From contig JAAILG010001427.1 of NCBI GenBank assembly GCA_012026655.1, positions 1 through 64,000 on the forward strand: 64,000 nucleotides of DNA, read 5' to 3'. The notes under the pieces were generated by a model that was given only the letters and a program-made list of their open reading frames with translations, had not been told where the DNA came from and did no database searches. Below are positions 12,055-24,029 of this stretch, piece by piece (position 1 is the stretch's first letter; each line of letters starts with the position of its first letter). The translations under genes were made by a program, and so were the position numbers. Source of the stretch: Hydrolagus affinis. Its lineage: Eukaryota.

Positions 12055-12390
12055 GTGGAGTCCTGCAGCTCTGCGGTTAAGAGCACTCACCTTGCGAGGT
12101 GAGAGACCTGGGTTCAATTCCCGGCAGGGGCGAAATTATGGGCCAGTTTCCTTCCTCCACATACTACTGCTTACGTAGCACTAGTAGGAACCCAGTTGTT
12201 AGTCGATTGATTGTCCAACAGCTTTCTGAGAGGGGGTAATAAGTCCTTCAAAAACTGTTTTCAAAAATAATAAATTGGTCGTTCAATCCACCGGGACACT
12301 GTGGGACACTGCTGCACTTTCTGAGATGTCTCGAAGACGTGATAAGGTGTTATATCAAACGCAAGGGATCTAACCATGAGGATTATTATC
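12055..12390 (+). mobile_element. tRNA-derived SINE family A, long-body variant
   Basis: Same head (B box GGTTCAATTCC) plus an extra body segment tagcactagtaggaacccagttgttagtcgattg that is absent from the short copies. The tail is partly deleted. Confidence 0.85.
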
Positions 12391-13179
12391 ACGCTTCCTC
12401 CCCAGCCGTGCCACACAATGCTTCTGACATGCTTAGAAGAAGTACCTTCATCATAATATCAGTTCCCCCCACCCCCTCCAGCTCCTCCTCCCCCCCACCC
12501 TCTGCAGGTGCCTTGTAACTGCTACCTGGAGCCATAACCATAAAACAGGCTGCCAAGTCTGGAGTCGCAAACCACTCATTCCAGTCAGAAAATAACCGAG
12601 TAAATGGGAGGCTCAGAGCTAATCCTTTTAATTTAATTTAAGATGTTTCCCACCCCCCCGTCTCCCCTGCCCCATTACTTAATGCAGCAGATTCTCTTTT
12701 TGCTTTGCAATAAAGGCAAATGCTGACTTATTTTTTTGACACGCACACACACACACACAACTCATTGGCACAGCATGTTTATACACTAATGTGCTGAACC
12801 ACATATTGGCAGGACACATGTTTTTAACTGCAATTTCCAACCTAGTGAAATCCTGATTTCAATCAGACCATCTGGGAGAGAGAGTGAGTGAGAGAGAGAG
12901 AGAGAGAGAGAGAGGCACAGCATCAGCGGGAGAGTTAACATGCGCCGTTCTTGTAATGTCAACTTAATAGAGTCATCAGCCGAGCCAGGGGAACAGGTTG
13001 CCAGGTGGGAATGGCAATGGGGGAAGGGAGCGAAAGGAACACATACAATCGAGGTTCGAAAACCACAATTAGTTGTTACGTTCAAATCGGTCTCTCTCTC
13101 TCTGTTCCAATTATTTCTTGGTTCAATTTGACTGATGAGCTACCTCGCTGTTCGTACTGGGCAGCAGTGCTCAAGCCTC

Positions 13180-13283
13180 TCCGGTAGCACAGCTGATAAA
13201 ACCACCACTGAGCGTCAAGCCAAAAAGCCAAGCAGATCCTGCGAGGTTCACAAGTTTAATCTACAGTCGGCTACTGAGCTAAG
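13180..13283 (+). mobile_element. Family C SINE head fragment
   Basis: tccggtagcacagctg...agcagatcctgcgaggttcacaagtttaatctacagtcggctactgagctaag, a degenerate A/B-box head. Confidence 0.45.
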
Positions 13284-13470
13284 AATAGCCATCGCGCCTT
13301 TCACATCAGGAAGTCGTCACCTCAAAGCGCTTCACGGGATATTCTCTAAAAGTGTTGTGACTGTATGTATTTTTGCAGGGGAACTGGGCGGTTAAGCTGA
13401 TTTACACATTGTTATGTCCCGGAAAGTTATGAAATGAATATCCAATTTTATTCAGGGTCGTCTGACACAG

Positions 13471-13543
13471 TGACTGTCCAGCACCTTGAGATGTTCTCCT
13501 GACGTGAAAGGCACTGTACAAATGTAATTTTGTTGTTGTTGTT
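13471..13543 (+). mobile_element. L2 tail-only insertion
   Basis: tgactgtccagcaccttgagatgttctcctgacgtgaaaggcactgtacaaatgtaattttgttgttgttgtt. Confidence 0.8.
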
Positions 13544-13633
13544 GGGGGGGAGGTAGAGTGGCGGTTGGGGACGGGGAGAGGAGGGTTGCTGGCTGGGACA
13601 CCGGGAGACAGAAACTCCCCTCTCTTTTTGAAT

Positions 13634-13896
13634 AGTAATATAATAATAATCCTTGCGTTTTGATATGGCGACTTTTCACGTCTTCTAGGCTGTGTCTCAA
13701 AGTGCTTCACAGAATATACTGTAAAAAGTGAATTCAGTGTACGTTTGTAGCGTCCCATCTGAAGGACAACGCAGCGCATCCCCTATGCATGAGTCAGGGT
13801 CAGTTCTTGGCTGTGAGAGTTCAAAGTCCTGACATAAGGCTTGAACTCACAACCTTCTGGTGTGGAGGTGAGAGAGCTGCCAACCGAGCCAGGCTG
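13634..13896 (-). mobile_element. DeuSINE-like (SacSINE1-type head) element joined to a family A-type tail
   Basis: Minus head CAGCCTGGCTCGGTTGGCAGCTCTCTCACCTCC...AGAAGGTTGTGAGTTCAAGCC resembles the recalled SacSINE1 head. The (ATT)n tail part lies at 13634-13740. Confidence 0.7.
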
Positions 13897-14801
13897 GGAA
13901 TACAAGAGCGAGAGAGAGAGAGAGAGAGAGAGCTCAGCTCCTGATCCAGTCAGCCTCCGCTCGCAGTGTGCAGGGATTGGATCATGATTGTCTTTGATGC
14001 CCCCCCATGGACAAATAGCCTGCCAGCACTCACGTGTAATCTCAGACATGAAGAATAGTCCTCGCAATAGCCTCCCAGCAAGAGGCAATGCCTTCAGGGG
14101 AGAAGGGAGAGGCATTTGGAGTGAGTGGGAAAATGTCAGTGACGCCCTATTATCCACTGTAGTGACTTTTGGAGGGGGGCGGGGGGGGAGGGGGTTGGAG
14201 GGAGGAGGAGGTAGGGAAGTGGGGGGTACCCAGCACAGATCTTTTTCCCTCTCAGCCCAAGGAATTTGTTCATTGAATCCTTGAAGGTTACAGCCACTCT
14301 TCGACAGAAAGTTATATCTAGCGTGAGCGAAAGTGATCCAAGAGAGAAAGAGAAAGAGAGAGAGAAAAATTATATTTTAAATACACATCGCGCACCACAA
14401 GCAATTTAACAAAGCTCCAATTAATCCTGCAAAGTTAAATATTTTTCAACTGGATCATTATTGATTGTTTCCGTGGCCCAAAGTTTGCGTTGATTTTGGT
14501 AGACGATTAATGTGAGTGCGAAGCAACAAGCAAAGCCCTGAAACATGGGGAGTCGGAATGTCGTGCGATTAGATTCAATCCAAGGTTTATTTTACAGGAA
14601 CTACTCCCAATGATAGACACAACATGTTTGCAAAGTCGTTCAGTCGCTGGCATGAGGCTGAGTTACACAAAAAGCAGCAACTCTGCTGCTGCTGCTGCTG
14701 CTAAACACTGGAATATCGTTAGTGGTGGTGACGTGAGTTTAACTTTTTTTTAAGAACAGAGCGAGATTAAAATGTTCTGCTGTCTCCAGACTGTTGTCTT
14801 T

Positions 14802-14836
<35 letters not shown>

Positions 14837-15864
14837 GTCTCTCGCTTTCTCTCCTTTCAATAAAAAAAATGAACAGTGCTTTGCAGAATCCGGATTGCCA
14901 AAGTTGATTCCTCAAACCACCCCCCACTTATCTCTTCCTGGCCCGTGGCCAATTTATACTAGCGGACGACCCAACCAAAGTTTGGATCTCATTATTTATA
15001 CTTAATCTGGGAAATCACGCAAGTCAGTGCTTCTGGTGTCTCAATTCAATTCTGGGTCCCCTTTAAGTGAAAAATCATAATTTCCGATTTATCAAATATG
15101 TTTGACATTATAGTATTAGCCTGGGACTTGTCCAGTTGGCAGTTAAACGCAAACACAAAAAGAACTCTATTGAATATTTCCAAATCACCCGTACCCACAT
15201 CGGTGTTACCGGCCCTGCTCTGAAAAGGGACAATAAAAACCCTGCTGAAATCGATCGGTAGGTAAAGCCAGGGAACTGGAGGGAGAGAAGCTTAGCGAGG
15301 TGCCCGGCTCGCCTGTTCCTTAAACTTGGAATAAGTTCCAGACAGGGAGCTGGAGGCCAGAGAAAATGATTTAGCCTTATCCTCACGCAACATCCTTACA
15401 TGTCTTCAATCCATTACAGTGTGGGTCACTGCAAAGCGATGCAGAACAGGAATCCTGGCTCAATCTCTCGTCCCCCACGCCCCCGCCCCCGCCTTCCACC
15501 GTACCCTGGCCCACAGGCACTGAAGCCAGTTGTGGCTGTTCTCCCTTGTTGCATTTTTTCTGTAGAGGAATGAGGAACGAGAAATACTGGATTTCCCCCA
15601 AATCTTCAGATATTATGAACACATTTTTTTGACCCAACAGACTACTTTTTAGTTTTGTTTTTTGCTTTTGTTCCCTTCATTTATGTTCACTCGTAATTTA
15701 ATTTCACGTTATGAAGTGAAGAGGGTGAATGAAGTAGCTGGATTATCTGAGTTCAATGCAAATGTTTATTGACGTTACTGGTTTGGGAAAACGTGGATGA
15801 AAAGATGGCCGGGGTTCTCAAATTTACAATCATATGGTCTACACCTCGACATCAGGTTTCCTAA

Positions 15865-16234
15865 ATCATATAAAATCTCACAGAAATAGACTGGAATAAG
15901 ATATAATAGAAATTTGCAACCCTTCACACAATTTTAAGATTAAGGGGTCAGCCTTTTTGCACAGAGTTGAGGAAAAACTTCTTCACTCAGTGGGTAGTGA
16001 ATTTATGGAATTCTTTACCCCCAAAAGACTGTAGATGCTCTCAGTCAGACCTTGAACATATTCAAGATGAGATTTATAGATTTGTTATGGATAGAGGGAT
16101 TAAGCGATATGGGGATAAGGCAGGGCAGGTGGAGTTAGATGAGAAGATCAGCCATGATCTTATTGAAGCTTATTGGGGCAGGCTCGAGGGGCTGAACGGC
16201 CTACCCCTGTTCCTTATTCTTATGTTCCTATGTT
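15865..16234 (+). mobile_element. CR1 LINE 3' end
   Basis: ORF2 end RKNFFTQWVVNLWNSLP. The 3' UTR gatcagccatgatcttattgaa...caggctcgaggggctgaacggcctac...cttatgttcctatgtt is typical of shark CR1. Confidence 0.9.
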
Positions 16235-16377
16235 TACAATTTGCATATGGAACATTTGTTAGCCTATAGAGGTAGGCTTGCAACCAAAGCAAATAAGGTT
16301 TTTTTTAAAAGAAATCTTGATAGATTTAGCTATTTATTAATTTGGATTCAATGGGATTCATTTCAAAATTCAGTCTC

Positions 16378-16790
16378 AACTGACACTCCCAACGCAGTGC
16401 TGGGCTCTGAGATGCCGCCTGGCATGGAGGGCGTTGTAATAAATCGAAATTGTTGCTGTGTTACATTATTGGAGGAGCCATGTTTCAGATGTGACGTTAA
16501 AACCCCAAGTCCAGTCAGCCTATTCTCTGGTGGATGTTGAGGATGAAGATCCCAAGGCATAATTCGAAAGGAGAAGGGAATTCTGTCGGTTGGTGTCCTG
16601 GCCAACAATCCCGCAGGGAAAATTGGTCCGTTACTTTTTCATGGCTGTTTGTGGGACGATGTTGTGCGCAATCGTTTTTGACCCCAAAACACACCGTCAC
16701 TTCACAGCGCATTGTGCTTTGAGGCGTCCTTCCGACGTGAAAAGGCTCTATACCGAATGCAAGAATTCCTTCTTCTTATTATTATTCTTA
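16378..16790 (+). mobile_element. DeuSINE (Deu domain plus L2-type tail)
   Basis: ggaggagccatgtttcagatgtgacgttaaa...gtggatgt...aagatcccaaggca...ggtgtcctggccaaca matches the recalled Deu core. It ends with gacgtgaaaaggctctataccgaatgcaag. Confidence 0.82.
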
Positions 16791-17544
16791 TCGGATGAGT
16801 TGGTAGCAGTCACCAAAGGGTTAATTAAAGGAGCCACGCACTGCCCTCCCTGTCTGTAACTCATCAGACAGGCCACCTCCCGAAGTGACTGCGGTGATAG
16901 ACAGAGAGACAGGCTCTGTTGGCACAGTGCATTGAGCACTGGCACCGTGCCCAAATCAGGTTTGAAACTGTGCCAGCTGTAGCCTGCGCGCCGGGGCCTG
17001 CTCGCATGAAGCATGTGGCTGCCTAAACTGCATTAGCGGAGCCCTCATTGAATCCCAGTCTGTCGAGCCGCGGAGAGTAATCATCTTGAATGGGGCAGTC
17101 AGCGCCCTAGTGTTAATGATGACATGCTTCAGTGGGAAACAGAGGTGATTAAGATTCACTGAGTTTTTGCAGAAGAGAAGAAAGAAACAGGCCAATGGTC
17201 CTGCGTTGCTAAGATCTCCTCGGGTTTCACAATAGAACCAAAAAGGCAAGCGATAAATTTGTTCTGATGGTTAGCAAACTGGGACAAATCAGGATATCTG
17301 CTTTTTTTTAGTTCAGCTGCCCCACTGGCGGAGGGATAAGTGGGCCATTCCGTTTATGATTTGTTCGGTCGAGACAAAGCATCCGATAACACGCACTGAT
17401 CTTTTTCAGCCAATGTAAAGAGCCAAAGCTAGAATTCCGGCAAAGGGCGCGAGTTAAGCAAGCGACTGCAACTTGCCAAAAAAAAAACGTGGAGGTTTTG
17501 GCACATCTACCGACATCATCATCATCAACAACAACAATGGCAGT

Positions 17545-17825
17545 AATAATAATAATCCTTGTGTTTGATCTAGAGCCTTATCACCTTTGTGGAGATGTCT
17601 CAAAGTGCTTCGCAGAACTTATTGTAAAGTGAATTGATTGCATATTTTACAACGCTCTTCATGCAGGATGCCATCTCTGAGCACTTAAGTGACCAGACCT
17701 ATCTCGCCTTTTACTTATTTGCTTTCTTACAAATGATAATAATAAAACAAATTGATAATAATAATCCTTGCCTTTGATATAGCGCTTTATCACATCATCG
17801 AGTCTCCTTAAAGTGTTTACACATG
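17545..17825 (-). mobile_element. Two SINE family A tail fragments (~17545-17650 and ~17754-17825)
   Basis: Each starts with aataataatccttg..tttgat.tag and continues into the stem-loop tail. Confidence 0.75.
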
Positions 17826-18480
17826 ATTTTTACTGTACTGTTTATTGTAAAAATAACAGCTTTATTTTGAAATGGGAGTGACGTGTGAATTTGCAGCTTG
17901 AATATGGCTTGTCAATGTTAAAGACAATTCAGGGCTCTGCGGGAGGGCTCGTTAGCTCAACGTCTCGGCGCGAAATACGGGATTTGAACCTGCAACCTTC
18001 GCAAACCGACCCACGGTTACGATGTATGATTACCTTACGGTCCTGCGAACCCTAGCACGTACCGTAAGCACTTACAAAAAGCATTTGCACCGACATAATC
18101 ACATGCTGAGAACCCCTCTGATCTGCAGTGTTTTAGATGTGGCACTGTTTCTTTTTATAAATGCCTGTGGCTAAGGGTGTGCAAAATTACTCTCCAGCCT
18201 TTAGATTTGGGGCAATTCCTTTGATATCCTTGCCTTTGATCTTTTCAATTGCCTTTTATTTTACTGCAAGTGGGTTCAAATTGTGCAATTTCATAAAACA
18301 GTGTTCTCGCCAGATGTTTCATTTCCCTACATGAGGCTGACTTAACAGTATATCATTAATAGTAAAAAAAAATCCCTACTGATATTACTGCTGCAAGGCC
18401 AAATTTGTAACCCTGGCTACAGACCTGGTCAGAGCAATAAGAGTCTGAGCATAAATATGCCATCACCTGAACCCACCTAA

Positions 18481-18726
18481 TCGAGTTGTTGGAATCTGGA
18501 AGGCACTGCCCGAAAGGGTGGTGGAGGCCGATTCGGTAACAACTTTTAAAAGAGGGGTGGATGGTTATTTGGGGAGGACTGGTTTGCGGGGTAATGGGGA
18601 GAGAGAGAGAGAGAGAGTGAGAGCCGGGGAGTGGGATTGACTTTGAGTTGCTCTTTTCAAAGAGCCGGCACGAGTCGATGGGCCGAATGAACTCTTTTAT
18701 TGTGCTGTAAAATTCTATGATTCTGA
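18481..18726 (+). mobile_element. CR1 LINE 3' end with an internal (GA)n expansion
   Basis: RVVGIWKALPERVVEADS..FKR relic. The tail agagccggcacgagtcgatgggccgaatg...attctatgattct is the same subfamily as 19398-19919. Confidence 0.9.
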
Positions 18727-18828
18727 TCCGAGTCATCATAAATTTGGCGGGTAATAGGGGAGACATATCTGGTTACAAGAAACTGTGTAGGAACCAAATC
18801 ACCTACCGTACAACTGAGAAATCAAACT

Positions 18829-18928
18829 NNNNNNNNNNNNNNNNNNNNNNNNNNNNNNNNNNNNNNNNNNNNNNNNNNNNNNNNNNNNNNNNNNNNNNNN
18901 NNNNNNNNNNNNNNNNNNNNNNNNNNNN
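18829..18928. other. Assembly gap (100 N)
   Basis: Run of exactly 100 n, a typical unknown-size placeholder. Confidence 0.99.
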
Positions 18929-19397
18929 AAAGAAATCAAATTGAAAATGTGTAGTTGTGGAAAAAAAACTTCAAAATGGTTGGAATATATTAAGGGAATC
19001 AGTTAATGGAGAGAGCAGGATTGTGAGCAATGAATATATTGTTTGACATTGCCCTGGCTGAATTTCAAGCTGATTATGACAAGTAAGGATGTCTATGATG
19101 TAGGTTAGGTGTGTGTGAGAGAAGGGGGCATGGGGGGGGGGGGAGAAGGGGGTGCGGAAGGGGAGGGGGGGTCAGGTCACTTGTATGGAGATACACAGCA
19201 TCTAGTAATTTGGGGGGGGAGGAGGGATGCTCTTGGATTTGGGTTTACAATCTGTACAACCACAAATTACACTGGTCGGAAGACAGAAGTATTCAATTTC
19301 AGAAAGCAATTTCCACCTTCGATATTTGCCCTGGAAAACCATTTAATCAGCTCAGATTCAAATGCAACCTCCCCCGCCCTACCCCTATCCTCCACAA

Positions 19398-19919
19398 CAC
19401 CACATAGGAAGGATATTAAGGCATCGGAAAGGGTGCAGAGGAGATTTACCAGGATGTACCAGGAACGAGGGACTTCAGCTACGAGGAAAGGCTAGATAGG
19501 CTAGGCTTATTCTCTCTAGAACAAAGAAGATTGAGAGGAGACCTAATAGAGGTTTATAAGATTATGGGAGGTTTCGACAGAGTGAATAGGGAAAGACTGT
19601 TGCCATTGGTGGGCGAATCAGTGCCTCGTGGTCACAGATTTAAAATAGTTTTAAAACGAAGCAGAGGGGAGCTGAGGAGAAATATTTTCACTCGGCGGGT
19701 TGTTCGAATCTGGAATGCATTGCCTGAAAAGGTGGGGAGGCCGATTCCACAACAACTTTTAAAAGGGAACTAGATCTTTATTTAGGAAGAACAGGTCTGT
19801 TAGGTTATGGGCAGAAAGCTGGGCAGTGGGATTGAGTTGCTCTGTTCAAAGAGCCGGCGCAGACTAGATGGGCCGAATGGCCCCCTTTTGTGCCGTATAA
19901 TTTCTATGATTCTATGATT
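19398..19919 (+). mobile_element. 5'-truncated CR1 LINE (ORF2 C-terminus and 3' UTR)
   Basis: Peptides PHRKDIKASERVQRRFTRM and LRGDLIEVYKIMGGFDRVNRERLLPLVGESVPRGHRFKI...RRNIFTRRVVRIWNALPEKV, with terminal (TTCTATGA)2 repeats. Confidence 0.95.
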
Positions 19920-20634
19920 GTAGACTTCTCATTCTGATCTGGTAAAATATTGTGACCCGCCACTCTAACTTAAGCACAATTTCGGCAAATTTCTGTTTCC
20001 CATTCATCCCGGCAGACTATTGATTTGCTTGATTTGCAGGTTAATCAAGAAGACTGCTCTTTCCAGTGGCTTTGCTGCTTGTTGTTTTTTTTTGAACGAT
20101 TGAAGGTTTCTGCTCAACCAGTGCGATGTGACACGTAGATGATATTCAAATATTGAATGTGGTGCTGAACGAGTAACAAAGTGGTCGCTTTGACTGTTGA
20201 AAAAAATGAACAAGGGACAAACAACACTGCCTCTCCTTGTTCCTCAACCGCAGGTCAGTTCATAAGTATATCCCTTGGTGCGTGCGTGTGTGTGTGTGTG
20301 TTACTTTTTTAAAACAACAAAACAATCTGTATATTTAAAACCCAAAAGAGAAAAAGAAAACGCTTTCGGTTGTACGTTCAGCCGTTTTTTTTTTACAATG
20401 TAAATTCCACCCAGGACGGAACTTAAAACACGACAAAACTCCCAGCTCATTGTGAACATGTTGCAACACTACCCGGGGAATTCCACTTCTACTGGTATCT
20501 CCCGAAGGCAGAACGCCAATGCCAAACATTTGCACAAGTTCAACAAAAGAAAAACAGAAACTACACACACATACACTCAGAAAACAAACACAATAGAACT
20601 CAACACGTGGATCGTGCACTCTCGTGGGTGTTAG

Positions 20635-20775
20635 TATTTTTTCATACGAGACGTTAAACAGGAACCCATCTGCCTGTTCAGGTGAATGTTAAACGTCCCG
20701 TGGTGTTATTTGAAAAGTGATATGTGAAGGTGATGTATCAAATGCGACGATTATTATTATTAATATTATTATTCT
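20635..20775 (+). mobile_element. DeuSINE core fragment fused to an (ATT)n tail
   Basis: gagacgttaaacaggaacccatctgcctgttcaggtgaatgttaaacgtcccgtggtgttatttgaa followed by tatcaaatgcgacgattattatt. Confidence 0.7.
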
Positions 20776-21830
20776 TATAACTTGCTTTCCACCTGTCGTG
20801 CCTTCATGTTCACAAATCGCTCCCTTTATCTGCATCCAAACGACACTTGAACTGTAGAACTATAAACTATTTAAACGAATATTTCCATCTTACCAATGCA
20901 TTCCCCTCCACTGTGTGTCCTCTACTGACATTAGCCACAAAACGATTTGCTATGTATCTTTCTGTAAAGCGCTTTTAAAAAGCTGAAATGTTATTTTAAA
21001 TAAACACTGGAAACAGATCATTAAAGTATAACAGTTGCTTTTACAGCTTTGAAGTGAAACCGTTCTCATATCCCCAGCACAGAAAACATTTGAGGTTACA
21101 GAAAATCGCTTACAATTTAAATAAGGTCCTATTTCGTTTTAGGGAAACATGCAACAATCAAGCCACAAGGTTTCCCCTTCAAGTTGTTTCACTTATACCA
21201 TAGAATGGTTGGCTGATGGGGAGATAAAGACAACAATTATTACCACAAGCGCTTGACAAAGCTTGTACACTAAAGGACATATATGGAATGGTTCTGCAGC
21301 ATAAATTGCATTAACCAAGGTCACTTTATCACTTTTCATCAAATGAGACAGAATTGGTCCGTTAGAAACTCGAAGGGCAATTCATGCGCTGAACTATTTC
21401 TCCTTTTAACAAGATCTGAAAGGAACTGCAAACCAAGGCCCGCTCTGTTTGCTTGTGAACATGCATGATCCTTTGTAGGTTCACTTGTAATCAAGGCCAA
21501 CAAATGCTCCTTTGCTAAACACGCTTTTGAGCAATTTGGGGTTGAATTGATTCAACGCCCCGATCCGAAACAGACTTGTCTTCTAAACCTCTTTTAATCT
21601 GCCGACAAGTAATCTCAATCAGTGAACAGAGGTGTAATGTGAATGCTGTCGGGACTCCTGTGTGTTGCAAGACGGAGGTTTATGGGTGGGTGGGTGGGAG
21701 TGGGGTGGGGGGCGCACGGGAAAGGAAAGGTCCATAAAAAAATCAAACCTCACATTATAACGTGTCTTGCTGATAAGGGGCCATTGGCCTGGTGTGGCTC
21801 TCTGATGCCAGAACACATCACAGTGGTGAT

Positions 21831-21910
21831 CAACAACAACAACCACAAACGACAACAAAATTACATGTTTAGAGCGCCTTTCACATCGGTAGGATGTCCG
21901 AAGGCGCTGG
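21831..21910 (-). mobile_element. L2 tail-only insertion
   Basis: Minus strand: ccagcgccttcggacatcctaccgatgtgaaaggcgctctaaacatgtaattttgttgtc...gttgttg. Confidence 0.8.
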
Positions 21911-22655
21911 TTGATGACACTGGTTTATCAAGGCATCGAGCTGTGATATCTGGAAACTAGACACATACTGCACTAACAGTATAACCTAACCAGGAATCCA
22001 CATCGCACTGGATTACACACAGACACACATTATACCTACATAAATGAAAGTCTGACCGTACAACTGGTGTGACACTGAATTTTGGGTGAATAAACCTGAC
22101 CGCCTTTGATGTTACAATCTGATCGAGATGCGAATGGCTGTTTTAAAATTCATCCCACCCGCTCAGACTCTCTACTGCTGGGAGCAGTGTCACACTACTG
22201 AACGTGATGTAAATTAACTGCCACATACACAGGTAAAAGTTAAGTTGCATGTCAAAACGTCCCAAGGGTTGGGCTCCTATTGACTCTAAAACTACTCTCG
22301 TGTCAGCAACATCAAAAGTCCAACGTTACAAGGTGAGGTGAATTTCATGTGAAGCCATGCACTGTTGGTCGGGTTTAAGTACATAACGATTTCTTTGGGG
22401 GCTTAATTCATAAACGTTTCTTTTCCCGATGATCAAATAAATCGCGCAACAAATCAAAGAAACAGCTGTTGTTCGCAGGGTTCTTTTCTTGAAAGTGACT
22501 ATAGGGCCTGAAAGTGAACACGGCGCAAAAATAATATGGAAAGCAGATGCAAGGGTATGGAACAAGACAAAGTTATAACTTTTATCTTTAAAAAAATTTT
22601 AATGTAGAAAGTGAGAGCATTTCAAGAAACCCATGCTGGGAGACAAAAAAAAAAG

Positions 22656-22965
22656 TATAATCCTTGCATTTGATGTGGCACTTTTCAAAACTTCTAGACG
22701 GCTCAAAGCTCTTCAGAGAATGCATTGTAAAGTGAATTGCCAGTATGTTTTGTGGGCGAAACGTGGCAGCCAATTGCGCACAGCAGCGTCCCCACAGCCA
22801 TGGATTGAGTGGCCAAATTATTATTGTGGTTTTCTTTCCTTCAGGGATTATTATCAGGGTTTGTGGAGTAAAGAAACTTGACCAAGGTTTCACCCTGCCA
22901 GGAAATGAACCCAGATCTCTCGCTTGCAAGGCGAGCGCTCTAACCACTGAGCTACAGGACTCCAC
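22656..22965 (-). mobile_element. Full-length SINE family A
   Basis: Minus head GTGGAGTCCTGTAGCTCAGTGGTTAGAGCGCTCGCCTTGCAAGCGAGAG with complete body and tail. Confidence 0.92.
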
Positions 22966-23355
22966 GGACTAGTCCTGTAGTCCATACACAATTCCAAAAT
23001 AAGAAAATAGGGAAAGATATAATGCAGAATCGAGAAAAGACAGAGAAGTATTATTAACCTTGGTTTGCACAGGTCAAAGGTATGAGCCAAGTTAATCAGA
23101 TGCAGATTAGTCTTGAAATATGTTCAGGCTGATTTTTATCCCCCCTTAAGCACTAAAGCACATGCCAGACGCCACCCCACCCAATGTTGTAGCGGTTGTG
23201 AAATATCGCCCGAGACATAAACCTTTTGACTTCAATGTGACAAACCTGTTAGTCTCCCTCTGTTCAGCTGTGAGTTGAGATCACACTGCAGGTTTGGTGG
23301 TGGGTGACTTGATGCCATGCTGGCTGTGATTTTTTGTTGCGAAGTGTGGTCTATA

Positions 23356-23850
23356 CAACAACCACATTATATTTGTATTTATAATATTTCACATTGTGAG
23401 GACATCCCAAGGTGCTGGGCAGTCAGGGAACAGGACCTGAGCATGGGTGAGGAGTTGGTGTGGGGTGAGGTGGCAGGGTTAGCATGAAGAAGGACAGAGA
23501 GGTAGGATGGCGGCTGAAGGCACGGTCAAAGAAGAGGGTCTTGAGACCGGTCTTGCAGGAGGCAAGGGAGGGAGCAAGTTGAAGAGACTGTGGAATGGAG
23601 TTCCAAAGCGTAGTGGCAGAGAGGCTGAAAGCCCAGCCACCGATGGTAGGGCAGGCTGGGTGGGAGACATGGAGCAGGCCGGAGCCTGCTGAACAAGAGG
23701 TTGACAGGGTGTCAGAAAGATAGGAGGGAGGGGGCCAAGGTCATGGAGGGCCTTGAAAGTGAGGACCACAATCTTGAATTTGATCATCCGGAGGAATGAG
23801 GAGCCATTGGAGCCGGGTGAGGGTGGGGGTGATGGGGTCGCAGAGCCCTG
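23356..23850 (-). mobile_element. L2 3' fragment with tail
   Basis: Peptide relics DPITPTLTRLQWL, IKFKIVVLTFKALHDL, IGGWAFSLSATTLWNSIP and LKTLFFDRAF, plus the tail ccctgactgcccagcaccttgggatgtcctc. Confidence 0.88.
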
Positions 23851-24029
23851 ATCCAAGGGTATAAATGGGGAAAGAAGTGCTGAGAGGACAATGACTGGTG
23901 GAGCTGCCACAGTTGTGGACCTCTTTCTGATTCACACCATCTCAGGAATGACTTGTGGAGTCAGTGCCTCGCACATGGTTACAGTATTAACAGAAGAGAG
24001 CAAGCTACGTGGTCAGGTGACAAGTACCA

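Noticed and set aside
18805-18816. 12-mer ACCGTACAACTG shared with ~22055-22066
   Set aside because: The match does not extend convincingly. A 12-mer coincidence is expected in 64 kb.
19120-19175. Poly-G / G-quadruplex tracts (also ~1605-1650, ~28075-28110 and others)
   Set aside because: They are abundant on both strands throughout the window with no positional pattern, so they are treated as background low-complexity sequence.
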